A model generated the notes under the pieces. That model was not told where the DNA came from. It was given only the letters and a program-made list of their open reading frames with translations, and made no database searches. The position numbers were made by a program, and so were the translations under genes. A stretch of 64,000 nucleotides of DNA from assembly GCA_013239625.1 (NCBI GenBank), contig MU053334.1, positions 569,190-633,189 on the forward strand, read 5' to 3'. The stretch's first letter is position 1. The number at the start of each line of letters is the position of its first letter. This DNA is from Lama guanicoe. Its lineage: Eukaryota. Positions 63,831-64,000 of this stretch are shown piece after piece.

Positions 63831-64000
63831 TTCTCCATCTTGGCGTTCCCATTGTTCACACAGCCCTCCCCCAGGGCAGGCAGGAGCAGGGGATTATCCT
63901 GATGGGAGTGAGGGCTGGCTGTGGAGGGCCGGAGCGTGTAGAAAACCTGCTGGTGAATCCACTTGGCCATAGACCCGCGCCACGGCCAGGCACCCAGTGG

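Overview
GC-rich mammalian genomic DNA, almost certainly camelid: five copies of a tRNA-derived SINE match the Camelidae Vic-1 family. It holds one complete protein-coding gene, TOLLIP (minus strand, 6 coding exons, all GT-AG, 822 nt = 273 aa + stop), with a CpG-island promoter and a ~2.1 kb 3'UTR. The other ~48 kb is non-coding: L1, L2, MIR, MER2, MaLR/ERVL and ERV1 elements (including a deeply nested stack at 39.7-46.8 kb) plus two orphan CpG islands. In human this interval lies between MUC5B and BRSK2; no exons of either are visible here. I found no new multi-gene system, and the long six-frame ORFs are GC-content noise or L1 remnants. Best leads: a 191-bp near-perfect tandem duplication at the start of the TOLLIP 3'UTR; loss of two tyrosines in the TOLLIP Tom1-binding domain; two ancient MLT1B copies that look homogenised; a CCAAT/octamer-array LTR facing the TOLLIP 3' end; and an orphan CpG island with a perfect GAS site. 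Repeat subfamily names and reference-protein comparisons are from memory and need RepeatMasker/BLAST confirmation. Repeat boundaries are approximate unless a target-site duplication (TSD) is quoted.
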